A stretch of DNA of 23,594 nt from an uncultured archaeon (lineage in GTDB: Archaea > Asgardarchaeota > Thorarchaeia > Thorarchaeales > Thorarchaeaceae). The stretch is from NCBI GenBank assembly GCA_964648855.1, contig CAZYLT010000016.1:1-23594 (forward strand), read 5' to 3'. The first letter of the stretch is position 1. The number at the start of each line of letters is the position of its first letter. Both the position numbers and the translations under genes were made by a program. Positions 1-8,237 of the stretch are shown piece by piece. Below the pieces are notes generated by a model, which made no database searches, was not told the origin of the DNA, and saw only the letters and a program-made list of their open reading frames with translations.

Positions 1-1
1 T

Positions 2-166
2 GCGGACGCAGATGCTTGTGAGATTGAGCATCACTTACATCCCGAAACGATGAAGAGCCTGTTCACATTCGCAGAGTGGGTCAAGGATGCTCCCAAAGAG
101 CCCAGATGGCTAAGTCACTTTGAGGAATTTGTAAGGACAGGCAAGCGTACGGAAGAGTGTGTATGA
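2..166 (+). CDS. 3' end (partial) of DtxR/MntR/IdeR-family metal-dependent transcriptional regulator
   Basis: Not in the ORF track. Frame 2 translates ADADACEIEHHLHPETMKSLFTFAEWVKDAPKEPRWLSHFEEFVRTGKRTEECV*. DAC-x-IEH is the metal-binding/dimerisation motif of the DtxR family. TGA at 164-166. Confidence 0.85.
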   Translation, partial: ADADACEIEHHLHPETMKSLFTFAEWVKDAPKEPRWLSHFEEFVRTGKRTEECV

Positions 167-303
167 ACAGTAATACTGTGTATGTTGACCCATTAGCGAA
201 ATCAAGACTCATCTCATGGATAGCTTAGTTTCCGCTCACATTGAGATTCATCCTTCAAGGAAACTATATGGTACTCATGACCGTTAAGGATATGGTATTG
301 GAG

Positions 304-474
304 CGGCCTGGGCAACAAAAAGCCGTCTTACGGCTGGTGATGGTGTTAATACCCTTCGGGGGCATTGGAAACCTAAGACTCGTATGTGCTACTGTGAGAT
401 GTTGCTGCCTTTGCGTGACATATGACCTTTCTAATACTACAACTCCTCAGGTGGCTCTTTTTGATTGCCGGGCG
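304..474. ncRNA. Candidate structured RNA or non-autonomous element segment (~170 nt), strand uncertain
   Basis: Ends pair with bulges (GCCTGGGCAACAAAAAGCC 306-324 with GGCTCTTTTTGATTGCCGGGC 453-473). Internal hairpins are AGCCGT-ctt-ACGGCT (321-335) and CCC-TTCG-GGG (352-361). The overlapping 81-aa ORF looks spurious. Confidence 0.4.
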
Positions 475-477
475 TTT

Positions 478-496
478 TTAGGATAGTCTACCCAAG
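478..496. promoter_or_regulatory. Putative DtxR/IdeR-type operator TTAGGATAGTCTACCCAAG
   Basis: 14/19 identical to the DtxR consensus TTAGGTTAGCCTAACCTAA, ~310 bp downstream of a DtxR-family gene. Confidence 0.45.
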
Positions 497-509
497 CTGT
501 GCGGGATTT

Positions 510-916
510 CCGTTAAGGATATGATTGGAAGCATGCACCGACCTGTGTCTAGTCGCCAGAGGGTGAGTGAGCTCGCTCGAAGATTGTCAACTCCCTCTAT
601 CCACCTCTCTCGCGACTGCCGTCATTGGCGACACCCGAACCCCTCCCGGCCCGTGTGCACGAGCATCATCCGGCGCATAACTGGAAGTGGCCTCACTGCG
701 CTGCAACCTGATATCGTGGCTGTCAGCTGCCTTTCGGGCATCCTTGGCGGCAGTCGGGTGTTGCGCGGGTTTTGCCCTGGGCGGAGCTGCTCGCGCTCAC
801 ATAGTCACGGGGGAGCTTTCCTCATTGCACTCAGAAGTATGCGGTTCCGTCAGGCCTGTCAGACCCTAAGACCGTTCGGACTTCACATCAGATCGGCGGT
901 CCCTCCTTCGAGCTTT
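510..916 (-). ncRNA. Candidate omegaRNA/reRNA scaffold of the tnpB element
   Basis: Lies directly 3' of the tnpB fragment and is GC-rich. Long-range complementarity includes 613-621 with 748-756 (9 bp) and 628-638 with 754-764. GAAA-capped hairpin TGCCC-GAAA-GGCA (740-728), near-palindrome at 565-578. Confidence 0.5.
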
Positions 917-1133
917 CTACCATGCCCGCAACAGCTCCGGGGGCAAGACCACGACGCAGACGGCCTTGTCGATACCAAGGCTTATAGCTAGGACCGCTGG
1001 GGGCTTCCCTGACATATCTACAGTCGGGACCTCCAGTCGCACCGAGAAGACGGCCCACCATTTCTTCTGCGAGTCCTTGAGAATCCTAAGAAATGTCACC
1101 TCCCTTGCCTAGTCTGTTCAGATGATGCGAGGA
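917..1133 (-). pseudogene. tnpB: TnpB / Cas12f-like RNA-guided nuclease fragment (WED end plus RuvC-I), inactivated
   Basis: SSHHLNRLGKG/[frameshift near 1100]/EVTFLRILKDSQKKWWAVFSVRLEVP..KPPAVLAISLGIDKAVCVVVL matches the TnpB pattern W...V...P..VLGIDLGI. The catalytic Asp position is Ser (AGC, 982-980). Stop at 919-917. No RuvC-II, Zn finger or RuvC-III seen. Confidence 0.7.
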
Positions 1134-1280
1134 TTGAGTCATTCGGTGCTGCAAAAGTCCAAGTGTCAGTACCCCCAATAGGTTGACTGCTATAACTGCC
1201 ATTCCGGCTACTACTGCGACTATACTTACGGTAACGCGCTCAAACGCCAAGTACTTCGCTCGATTTGCGTTTTCCGCCAT
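1086..1280 (-). CDS. Small ORF with one hydrophobic helix; probably the 5' stub of a membrane-protein gene joined to tnpB debris
   Basis: ATG start, VTVSIVAVVAGMAVIAVNLLGVLTLGLL is TM-like, and the last ~15 codons overlap the tnpB-like sequence. Confidence 0.3.
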   Translation of the reverse strand: MAENANRAKYLAFERVTVSIVAVVAGMAVIAVNLLGVLTLGLLQHRMTQSSHHLNRLGKGGDIS

Positions 1281-1567
1281 GTAGCTTCAACCAATCTGAA
1301 ACCGACTATCCTGCTTCTTTACTCTGCTGATAACTGACCGAGGTTGATACCCTATCACCTTCGTTCTATCAGGTCTTTGGCTACGTTCTACTCATTGCAT
1401 GCTGATGGACGCGAAATTCTATTGGGATTTCTCGATAAACAGAAAATTAGAATGAACGCTAAATGATGTTCCTGCCAACCAAATGAATTTCAATAAGACT
1501 TTGTTAACTAACACTTTGTTTCATATCTTGGCTTCACTGATGACCATAACCAACTATCGACGATTGC

Positions 1568-1583
1568 CCCAAAAGGTTATATT
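1568..1583 (+). promoter_or_regulatory. Archaeal BRE/TATA promoter of the giant-protein operon
   Basis: CCCAAAAGG-TTATATT is a purine-rich BRE plus TATA. Predicted TSS ~1602-1607, where GC-rich sequence begins. Confidence 0.65.
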
Positions 1584-1601
1584 CTCGAAGGGAAAGTCCA
1601 A

Positions 1602-1759
1602 GAGCGGTATTCGCTGGGCGACCGGAAGGGAAGAGACCGATAGCGCGCACTCCCAGTGGCTCACACGATTTAGATACAATCGGTGGCATGCCATCACCAG
1701 CTTTCGCGGAATGACGTTACCGGCCTCCTCATCTCTGGAAACCTAAGGAGGAGGCGCAA
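1602..1759 (+). promoter_or_regulatory. Structured ~155-nt 5' leader with SD-sequestering hairpin
   Basis: GCCTCCTC (1723-1730) pairs perfectly with GAGGAGGC (1748-1755), which contains the SD of the GTG at 1760. Further helices at 1605-1609/1718-1722, 1612-1618/1652-1658 and 1666-1670/1678-1682. Confidence 0.6.
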
Positions 1760-4700
1760 GTGCGCATAAATAGAAGACTGGTGAAAATCCAGATTGTATC
1801 AATTGCTTTTGTAGCTTTAATGCTACTTGGAATGGTGCCCCAAGCTGTTATGGCTGGGGAGGTTATGAACCAAGAAGAGGAGCTTATCCCAAGACCCTTC
1901 ACTGGTTATGATCTTGACAATATCTACATTTTCTATGACCCGACTGATGGGATAATGAGTGCAGTTGCTGAAGGCATTCAGGAAATTGCTTCATTCCGAA
2001 TAAGCGGGATGCAGATGGTGCCCGTAACAGAAGTCAGCCTGATGGAGTATTGGCTCGATGATGAGCCTTGGGTCGCTATCTATGCACTGAATTCCGGTCT
2101 CGATGGCGTTAAGTTCCCGGATAGAAACATCACATGGTCTGATTTTTACAAGATTCTCAACAAACACAGATCCACCGAGCATGTAGTTGCCATGGGTAAT
2201 ACACTCTCCTTCGATAAGCTACTCTCTACGGAAGACACGATGTTCCACCACAGTCAATCCGAGCAGACTGACGGTGTAATTCTGATTCTCTATGGTGTCT
2301 ATGGGCTCATGCAGATGTGCAAGCAAAGAGCAGCAGTCGATGAAGATTATGAAGGCGCCGCTGATGATCTTGAGCAGATGGTTCTGAAAGTATACGCCGA
2401 TAACTTCAATCAGCTGTTCAAGAGGACTGTTGAGCCAATTACCCCAGTCGGCGATATGGACCCACTTGCTGCAGAAAAACGAAAGGCAGAGATGTGGGCT
2501 CGTCACCCTGGAAGTGCTACTCCCGCTGCCTACCATAAGGCAGAGGACGGATCGCTCGAGCAAATACCAGTTGAAGAACTTCCAGAAGACTTCTCGCCTC
2601 TTGTTAGACTGTCTAGCTTGGCGGAAGTAGCGTCAAGCGATTTCATATTAGGCGACCTCCCGTTGTTCTCAGGTTTGCGGGGTTCTATTGGGGAGATAGT
2701 GGACGTTCTACTCGACGTGCTAATGTCAGCTGGCCAGACTGTTTTGTCAATTCCTGAAGATGCACTGGGTAGTTTGAAAGAAGTCTTCGAGATGATAAAG
2801 CCAATAATTGGCATAGTGGAGGATTTTGATGCAGAAAGCCCACTGAAATCTCTGATCAGCGGCTTGGTAAAGGAATTTCCATTCCCTGAAGACCTCAAAA
2901 TTTACTTGGAACCTATCTTGAAGGCCCTATTCGAGCTCAGGGGTGGACTGGATAGTATTGTTGATGTTATCAAAGAGCTCGTAAACGGGCTATTGCCTGC
3001 CCTCATTCCACAGGACATTCTGGACTGGCTTGATACCATTCTTGATTTTGGCGGTGAGCTCTGGGACCTCATTGAGGATGTCATTGGCGGCGGTGGCGGG
3101 GCTTTCAACAAGATTCTGAGTTTTGTTACTAATAATGTTCTGACTGGTTTGTTGAATAAGACGTTGACAGCAAGCTTAGGCATTCCGATTGGCACCATTA
3201 CTGATTTGGTTAACAAAACTGTCACGGTGATTAGTTCAGTCGTGAATTATCTCTCCAGCTTTGACTTCAATCAATTCATAAAAGATGTTGGAAACAAACT
3301 ATTGCAAGCTGGTTTTAATCTACTTAACGACGCAGTTGGACAGGATACAATAGATCGGATAATGGCCTTGCTTGAGGCCGGACTTAGTGCGGTTGATTTA
3401 ATCGATAATTATGATGAAGAATCCTTAGTAGAACTCGTGGCAACCCTTGCCGAGGAATTCTTCGGAGCCGCCATAACTGGGTCTGCAGAGGAATTATCGC
3501 GCCAGATGATGGAGGTCATAAAGACATTCCAGGAGGATGGCCTATCAAGTCTCTCACAGTTTGAGGATGATATTGAAACAATCATTGACGATCTCACTTC
3601 TGGTTTGGATGAAGATGTAAAAGCTGTGGTTGTAGATGCTGTGACCCTGATTGCAGGATTTTTCAATGACGGTTTTGACGATGCTTCAATCCCAGACCTA
3701 TTCGATGTAATTGAGGGAGCCGTAAACCTTCTCCCTGCAGAGTCTGCGAAATACACCACGGCAGATGCAGCAGAAATCATGCAGGTTATCAACGGCGCTG
3801 TAAAACCAATACTTGGTATCATCGCCCAAATCACTGATGCAGAATCTCTGAAGAAGATGGTCAGTAGTACACTTAGTGCCTTCACTTCAGAGATTGGGAG
3901 TATTCCCGACCTAATTTCCACTGTCATCCAATTCCTAGATGATGGTGATATTCTCTCCGGAGCTCCAGATCTTCAGAATGTGCTCGACACATTCGGTCAA
4001 ATCACAAATGGTGTAATAGCTGTCATCAATGGCGTTAGGGGACAGACATTCGAGGGCATCATGCAGTCACTTCTGATGGCTGTGGGGTCTATTGTTGGCC
4101 TGTTTCCATCCCTCGACGATGTTCCTATCGACGCATTTCTCAGCCTCCTCCAATCATTCTTCCCCGATGCCTTTGGTATCTCCCTTGAAGACTTACCAAG
4201 CACTTCTCAGGTCATCAGCGAGATCCTTGGTTATGCCTCCGGTATGCTTGAGGGAATAATAGACTCAGACCTCTTGGAGACCATTCTTAGCTTTTTGCTG
4301 GATATCAAGGGCGTCTTTACTGACGGTCTCTCATGGCTTCTTGGTAAAGCCTTTGACTGGTTGACGGGGCTTTTGACGCCATTACTGGAAGACCTTGAAA
4401 ACACCCTCAATGGACTCTTTGGAGGCTTAAGTGACCTCCTTGGATATGATGGTAGTTTACCCATTGGTCTTGGTGACTGGTCGCTATTCGAACTGACCTT
4501 TGACTTGGGTATCTCAGCGAATTTCCATATCAATCCCGACCCATTCTTTGAGTGGATAAAGGGCATCCTGTTTGAAGGACGCAATCCATTTACTTTGTCG
4601 GGTGTGGGCGAGTTCTTCAAGATCGTATTCTCATTCTTTGAGATATCTCCGCAATTTTACGCCGAGCTTGGTGTGGAAGGTTTTGATACCTCGAAGAATC

Positions 4701-7700
4701 CCTTCATGGCAACCATGCTGGCCTTCCTGGGTGTTGACCTCGCATTCTCTGGATCAGCTCACTTTGTGCTCACGCTGTTTACCTTCAGAGAGGGACAGTT
4801 CGAGTGGGAGGACTTCTTCAAGATTGTCGAGTGGGGTCTCTCTATCAAAATCTCCATGGAGCGCACCATCACGTTCCTCGACTTCATCACGGGTGGTGTA
4901 GGTGGCGGTGTCCTCAATAAACTCGGTGAGTTCTTGGGACTCGACTCTATCAGCATCGACATCTGGTTCGCGGTGGAGCTTGACATTGTGAAGAAGGCTG
5001 CCACGGCTATTGCTGCGGAGGTGTCGACATTCACTTTGGCGTTGACAATTGGTGCTGCCTTGAATCTAGGTTTTGACATTGCAATCGTCGCCATAAAATT
5101 CAGGGGGTCGCTAGAGATTATTTTGACCTTCTTCATGGACTTGGCTGCCAGTGCACCGATGAAGATCACCCTTAGCCTCATCCTCACGATGAAACTGACC
5201 TTAAAGTTCCTCTTCGCAAAATGGACGGGCAAATGGAGCTGGGAGGTACCCGGCTCTCCATGGGACCTCTCGCCCAACAAGGGTGAGCCTGAGTACGAGA
5301 ACTCCGGTATGGGCTTTGATGCAGATGGGGACGGCCTCTCAGACGAATACGAGGCAACGATACCAGGTCTCGATCCGAATTCACCAGACACAGACAATGA
5401 CGGAGCCTCTGACAAACTCGAGGTCCAGACAATAGGTAGTAATCCTGTTGTAGCCGATACTGATGGAGACGGCCTTTTGGACGGGGAAGAGTGGGACCTT
5501 GGAACAAACCCGATGTTTCCCGACTCTGACTGGGATAAAATTTCAGATTACGATGAGGCCCGCGTGTACCTGACCGACCCACTCTCGCAGGACAGCGATG
5601 GGGACGGCTTATCCGACCGACATGAAATTTTCACGAAGTTAAACATATCAGGAATCACACCTACCGTCACAGAGGTGGTCATTGGAGGAGAGACCTACAA
5701 TGATAGAACCGACCCGCTAAACAGCGATACGGACGGCGACGGTCTCGTTGACGGTGATGAGGGCCCAACAGGTGCTTATTATGGTCTTGACTCCCTGTAT
5801 AACGAATCCGCCTCGGACCCCAATCCCCTCATATTCAATGATGGATACACGCACCCTCTCGACGCCGATACAGATGATGATAGCTACCTCCAGCTCTACA
5901 ATGGCATGATCGACTCGCAGGCTGGACCGGAGGGCGGTATTGGTTACTGGCTCATGGATATGAACGACGGTGCTGAGGTGGCCGGATTCTGGATCATCTT
6001 GTACGACGAGGAGGGTGAACCAGAACGTAAGCAGGTGTTCACGAATCCCGTTAACCCTGATACAGATGGCGACACGGGCGTCACTGACCGTACCCCACAA
6101 CCTGGTGCATGGCTCAACTCTGACGGCTATGAATTAGCTCAGACGCCACCCACTGACCCAACTGATGGCGATTCAGATGATGATGGCTTACTCGACGGGC
6201 TAGAGGGTGTGCTCAAGCAAGATAGCAACCACACAAATCCGAATGATGCAGATACGGACGATGATGGACTCTTTGACATGCAGGAGATTCTCCTTGGCTG
6301 TGATCCGAGAAATCCAGATACTGATGGGGATATGATTCCTGATGGCGAGGAATTCTATGTCTTCTTCACATCCCCCTATCATAGCGACACAGACTTGGAC
6401 GGCCTTAGTGACGGTGAAGAGGTTTACTTCTGGCATTCGAACCCATTACTTGATGACAGTGATGGCGACTTCCTCCTAGACGGGGAAGAGGTATTGAAGT
6501 ATGGATCGGATCCGATGGATGAAGATTCGGACAATGACGGTCTCACAGACTTTGAGGAGATTAAGATCTACTACACAAATCCGTTCGATTATGATAGTGA
6601 TGATGACGGATTATCGGATGGAGAAGAGATTGAGCTCTACGACACTGACCCCCTAAATTGGGACACTGATCATGATAGCATTCGAGAACCCAATGAAGAT
6701 GGTGAGATGACCTGGCCGATGTCTGACTATCATGAGATTATGAACTATGGTACTAATGCCACAGAACCGGATTCTGATATGGATGGCTTGCCGGATGCGA
6801 TGGAGCTTTATCTTGGCTCCGGTGAGATTCCCTGGCTGGACCCAATTCCTCTTGACCCGTTGAATTATGACACTGACGGCGATTGGATTGCTGACGGTTC
6901 CGAGTTGATACTACAGAATGTTAGCGATATTGTCTATCCTTATCGTGGCATCACCGTGGTCTTCCGCTACAATACCTCGCCTATTTTGAAAGATAGCGAC
7001 AACGATACTCTGACCGACTTCCAGGAGGTAATGGTCTTCAACACGAACCCAGCCCACAACGATACCGATAATGACACCTTGTCTGACTGGCACGAAGTTT
7101 GGGTCTATAACACGTCCGCAATATCGAACGATACGGATGGCGACGAGTTGTACGATTGGGAGGAAACGCTCTATGAGGTCTATCCGTACGGACCATGGCC
7201 TCCAGAAAACTGGTCTATCGGGATGTACCCAGAACCAGCATTGGCTGAAAGTACATCGGGCAAACAGTCCTTTGCATTGGCGCAATACGCTATCATGCAG
7301 GAGGGCCAATACGGAACAGACGCATTGAACTGGGACTCAGATGGAGACTGGCTGCCAGATGGCGGCGAAGTCTATTTCTATGGTACACAGCCCACCGACT
7401 CCGACTCGGATAATGACGGCCTAGATGATGGCTTCGAGTTTGATACCGACTATGACGGCCTATCTGATGGTATGGAGTTCAAGCTCGGTTTGCAGACGAT
7501 CCCGGGCGGTGGGATATTCCAGCCGGACTCGGATCTAGATGGATTGCTTGACGGTGATGAATACTACATCTACGGAACAGATCCTGCAAATGCCGATACT
7601 GACGGAGACGGCTACGGAGATGGTCTCGAGGTCTCTCTCGGACTCAATCCGCTTGAATATACCTCCAAGGAGGAATTCGAGATGGCACTGGCTGAGATGC

Positions 7701-8236
7701 GAGGTCAATATACCCTCAAGGTCATGACTCCCATTAATGGAACAACCGTATACCAAAACACACCGCTCAGCGTTGCGAACTACACTCCGTTCAATGAGAT
7801 GTGGTTCCGCTTCAAGAATGGCACTGATGAGTGGAGCAACAATTACTATCTCAACCACTCAACCGCCTCTGGTCTCTGGCATAATCAAGAGGTCCGCTGG
7901 ATGCCTGGTGCATATGAACTACAGGTATTTGCCAAGAACAATACTGGCATTGTACACGCGACAAAGGTCTACTTCTATGTGCAAGCGGGAGATGACCCAT
8001 TCTGGCTTTATGTTGCCATTGCAGCTGCAGCTATCATAGGCATAGTTGTCGTTCTCGGAGTTGTTGACTACAAGACCGGCAAGGTGAGGACAGGACTCCG
8101 CAGAGCAGGTGGTCGCTTGAAGAATATTCGGGGCGACGGTGAGAAGACCAAGTCCACGGAAAAGAGCAAAAAGTCTACGAAAAAGAAGTCGAAGAAGAAA
8201 TCGAGCTCGAAGAAGAGCAAGAAAGGAGGTGCATAG
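1760..8236 (+). CDS. Giant (2158 aa) type I membrane surface protein: signal peptide, alpha/beta head, amphipathic helical region, hydrophobic beta-strand domain, TSP type-3-like Ca2+ repeats, Ig-like domain, TM helix, Lys-rich tail
   Basis: Long ORF with GGAGG SD. Signal peptide ends AVMA|G. DxDxDGLxDxxE..GT(D/N)P repeats. [24 protein letters not shown]. Many N-x-S/T sequons. Confidence 0.92.
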   Translation: MRINRRLVKIQIVSIAFVALMLLGMVPQAVMAGEVMNQEEELIPRPFTGYDLDNIYIFYDPTDGIMSAVAEGIQEIASFRISGMQMVPVTEVSLMEYWLDDEPWVAIYALNSGLDGVKFPDRNITWSDFYKILNKHRSTEHVVAMGNTLSFDKLLSTEDTMFHHSQSEQTDGVILILYGVYGLMQMCKQRAAVDEDYEGAADDLEQMVLKVYADNFNQLFKRTVEPITPVGDMDPLAAEKRKAEMWARHPGSATPAAYHKAEDGSLEQIPVEELPEDFSPLVRLSSLAEVASSDFILGDLPLFSGLRGSIGEIVDVLLDVLMSAGQTVLSIPEDALGSLKEVFEMIKPIIGIVEDFDAESPLKSLISGLVKEFPFPEDLKIYLEPILKALFELRGGLDSIVDVIKELVNGLLPALIPQDILDWLDTILDFGGELWDLIEDVIGGGGGAFNKILSFVTNNVLTGLLNKTLTASLGIPIGTITDLVNKTVTVISSVVNYLSSFDFNQFIKDVGNKLLQAGFNLLNDAVGQDTIDRIMALLEAGLSAVDLIDNYDEESLVELVATLAEEFFGAAITGSAEELSRQMMEVIKTFQEDGLSSLSQFEDDIETIIDDLTSGLDEDVKAVVVDAVTLIAGFFNDGFDDASIPDLFDVIEGAVNLLPAESAKYTTADAAEIMQVINGAVKPILGIIAQITDAESLKKMVSSTLSAFTSEIGSIPDLISTVIQFLDDGDILSGAPDLQNVLDTFGQITNGVIAVINGVRGQTFEGIMQSLLMAVGSIVGLFPSLDDVPIDAFLSLLQSFFPDAFGISLEDLPSTSQVISEILGYASGMLEGIIDSDLLETILSFLLDIKGVFTDGLSWLLGKAFDWLTGLLTPLLEDLENTLNGLFGGLSDLLGYDGSLPIGLGDWSLFELTFDLGISANFHINPDPFFEWIKGILFEGRNPFTLSGVGEFFKIVFSFFEISPQFYAELGVEGFDTSKNPFMATMLAFLGVDLAFSGSAHFVLTLFTFREGQFEWEDFFKIVEWGLSIKISMERTITFLDFITGGVGGGVLNKLGEFLGLDSISIDIWFAVELDIVKKAATAIAAEVSTFTLALTIGAALNLGFDIAIVAIKFRGSLEIILTFFMDLAASAPMKITLSLILTMKLTLKFLFAKWTGKWSWEVPGSPWDLSPNKGEPEYENSGMGFDADGDGLSDEYEATIPGLDPNSPDTDNDGASDKLEVQTIGSNPVVADTDGDGLLDGEEWDLGTNPMFPDSDWDKISDYDEARVYLTDPLSQDSDGDGLSDRHEIFTKLNISGITPTVTEVVIGGETYNDRTDPLNSDTDGDGLVDGDEGPTGAYYGLDSLYNESASDPNPLIFNDGYTHPLDADTDDDSYLQLYNGMIDSQAGPEGGIGYWLMDMNDGAEVAGFWIILYDEEGEPERKQVFTNPVNPDTDGDTGVTDRTPQPGAWLNSDGYELAQTPPTDPTDGDSDDDGLLDGLEGVLKQDSNHTNPNDADTDDDGLFDMQEILLGCDPRNPDTDGDMIPDGEEFYVFFTSPYHSDTDLDGLSDGEEVYFWHSNPLLDDSDGDFLLDGEEVLKYGSDPMDEDSDNDGLTDFEEIKIYYTNPFDYDSDDDGLSDGEEIELYDTDPLNWDTDHDSIREPNEDGEMTWPMSDYHEIMNYGTNATEPDSDMDGLPDAMELYLGSGEIPWLDPIPLDPLNYDTDGDWIADGSELILQNVSDIVYPYRGITVVFRYNTSPILKDSDNDTLTDFQEVMVFNTNPAHNDTDNDTLSDWHEVWVYNTSAISNDTDGDELYDWEETLYEVYPYGPWPPENWSIGMYPEPALAESTSGKQSFALAQYAIMQEGQYGTDALNWDSDGDWLPDGGEVYFYGTQPTDSDSDNDGLDDGFEFDTDYDGLSDGMEFKLGLQTIPGGGIFQPDSDLDGLLDGDEYYIYGTDPANADTDGDGYGDGLEVSLGLNPLEYTSKEEFEMALAEMRGQYTLKVMTPINGTTVYQNTPLSVANYTPFNEMWFRFKNGTDEWSNNYYLNHSTASGLWHNQEVRWMPGAYELQVFAKNNTGIVHATKVYFYVQAGDDPFWLYVAIAAAAIIGIVVVLGVVDYKTGKVRTGLRRAGGRLKNIRGDGEKTKSTEKSKKSTKKKSKKKSSSKKSKKGGA
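5318..7651 (+). repeat. About 26 thrombospondin type-3-like (DxDxDG.xD..E) calcium-binding protein repeats
   Basis: Counted manually from [12 protein letters not shown] to [12 protein letters not shown]; three copies are split or degenerate. Confidence 0.9.
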
Positions 8237-8237
8237 T

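Larger units (their letters stand above)
281..532. repeat. Two-copy direct repeat CCGTTAAGGATATG (281-294 and 510-523), extending imperfectly as (GT)ATTGGA(A)GC
   Basis: Exact 14-nt identity 229 bp apart. On the minus strand it reads CATATCCTTAACGG. Confidence 0.9.
510..1133 (-). mobile_element. Internally deleted tnpB-carrying IS remnant (IS607-like or IS200/IS605-like) with retained right end
   Basis: tnpB RuvC-I fragment followed by ~400 nt of GC-rich self-complementary sequence ending ...CCTTAACGG. No tnpA or left end recognised. Confidence 0.6.

Noticed and set aside
340-372. CRISPR-repeat-like hairpin plus ATTGGAAAC
   Set aside because: Single copy, no regular spacing with the other ATTGGA sites, and no cas genes.
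600-810. Group I or group II intron (IStron) core in the structured block
   Set aside because: GACU/AGUC pairs exist, but there is no convincing R/S consensus or domain V, and the block lies 3' rather than 5' of tnpB.
810-824. GAGGAAAGCTCC (minus strand), resembling the RNase P RNA P4 motif; also GGGAAAGTCC at 1590-1599
   Set aside because: No matching 3' ACAnAAnnnGGCUUA element was found, and the context fits an IS end and a promoter, respectively.
241-991. Plus-strand ORFs 241-486, 521-991 and 687-869
   Set aside because: Arg/Ser/Cys-rich, no motifs and no SD; they overlap structured and IS-derived sequence.
1483-1746. 87-aa ORF
   Set aside because: Spans the promoter and leader and has no recognisable protein features.
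8129-8137. RGD motif in protein 1 as a ligand for the integrin-like partner
   Set aside because: It lies in the cytoplasmic tail, and a tripeptide is expected by chance.
8139-8237. Arg-rich N-terminal extension of the 2677-aa ORF
   Set aside because: Frame shadow of the upstream Lys-rich tail; the SD and signal peptide indicate a start at 8238.
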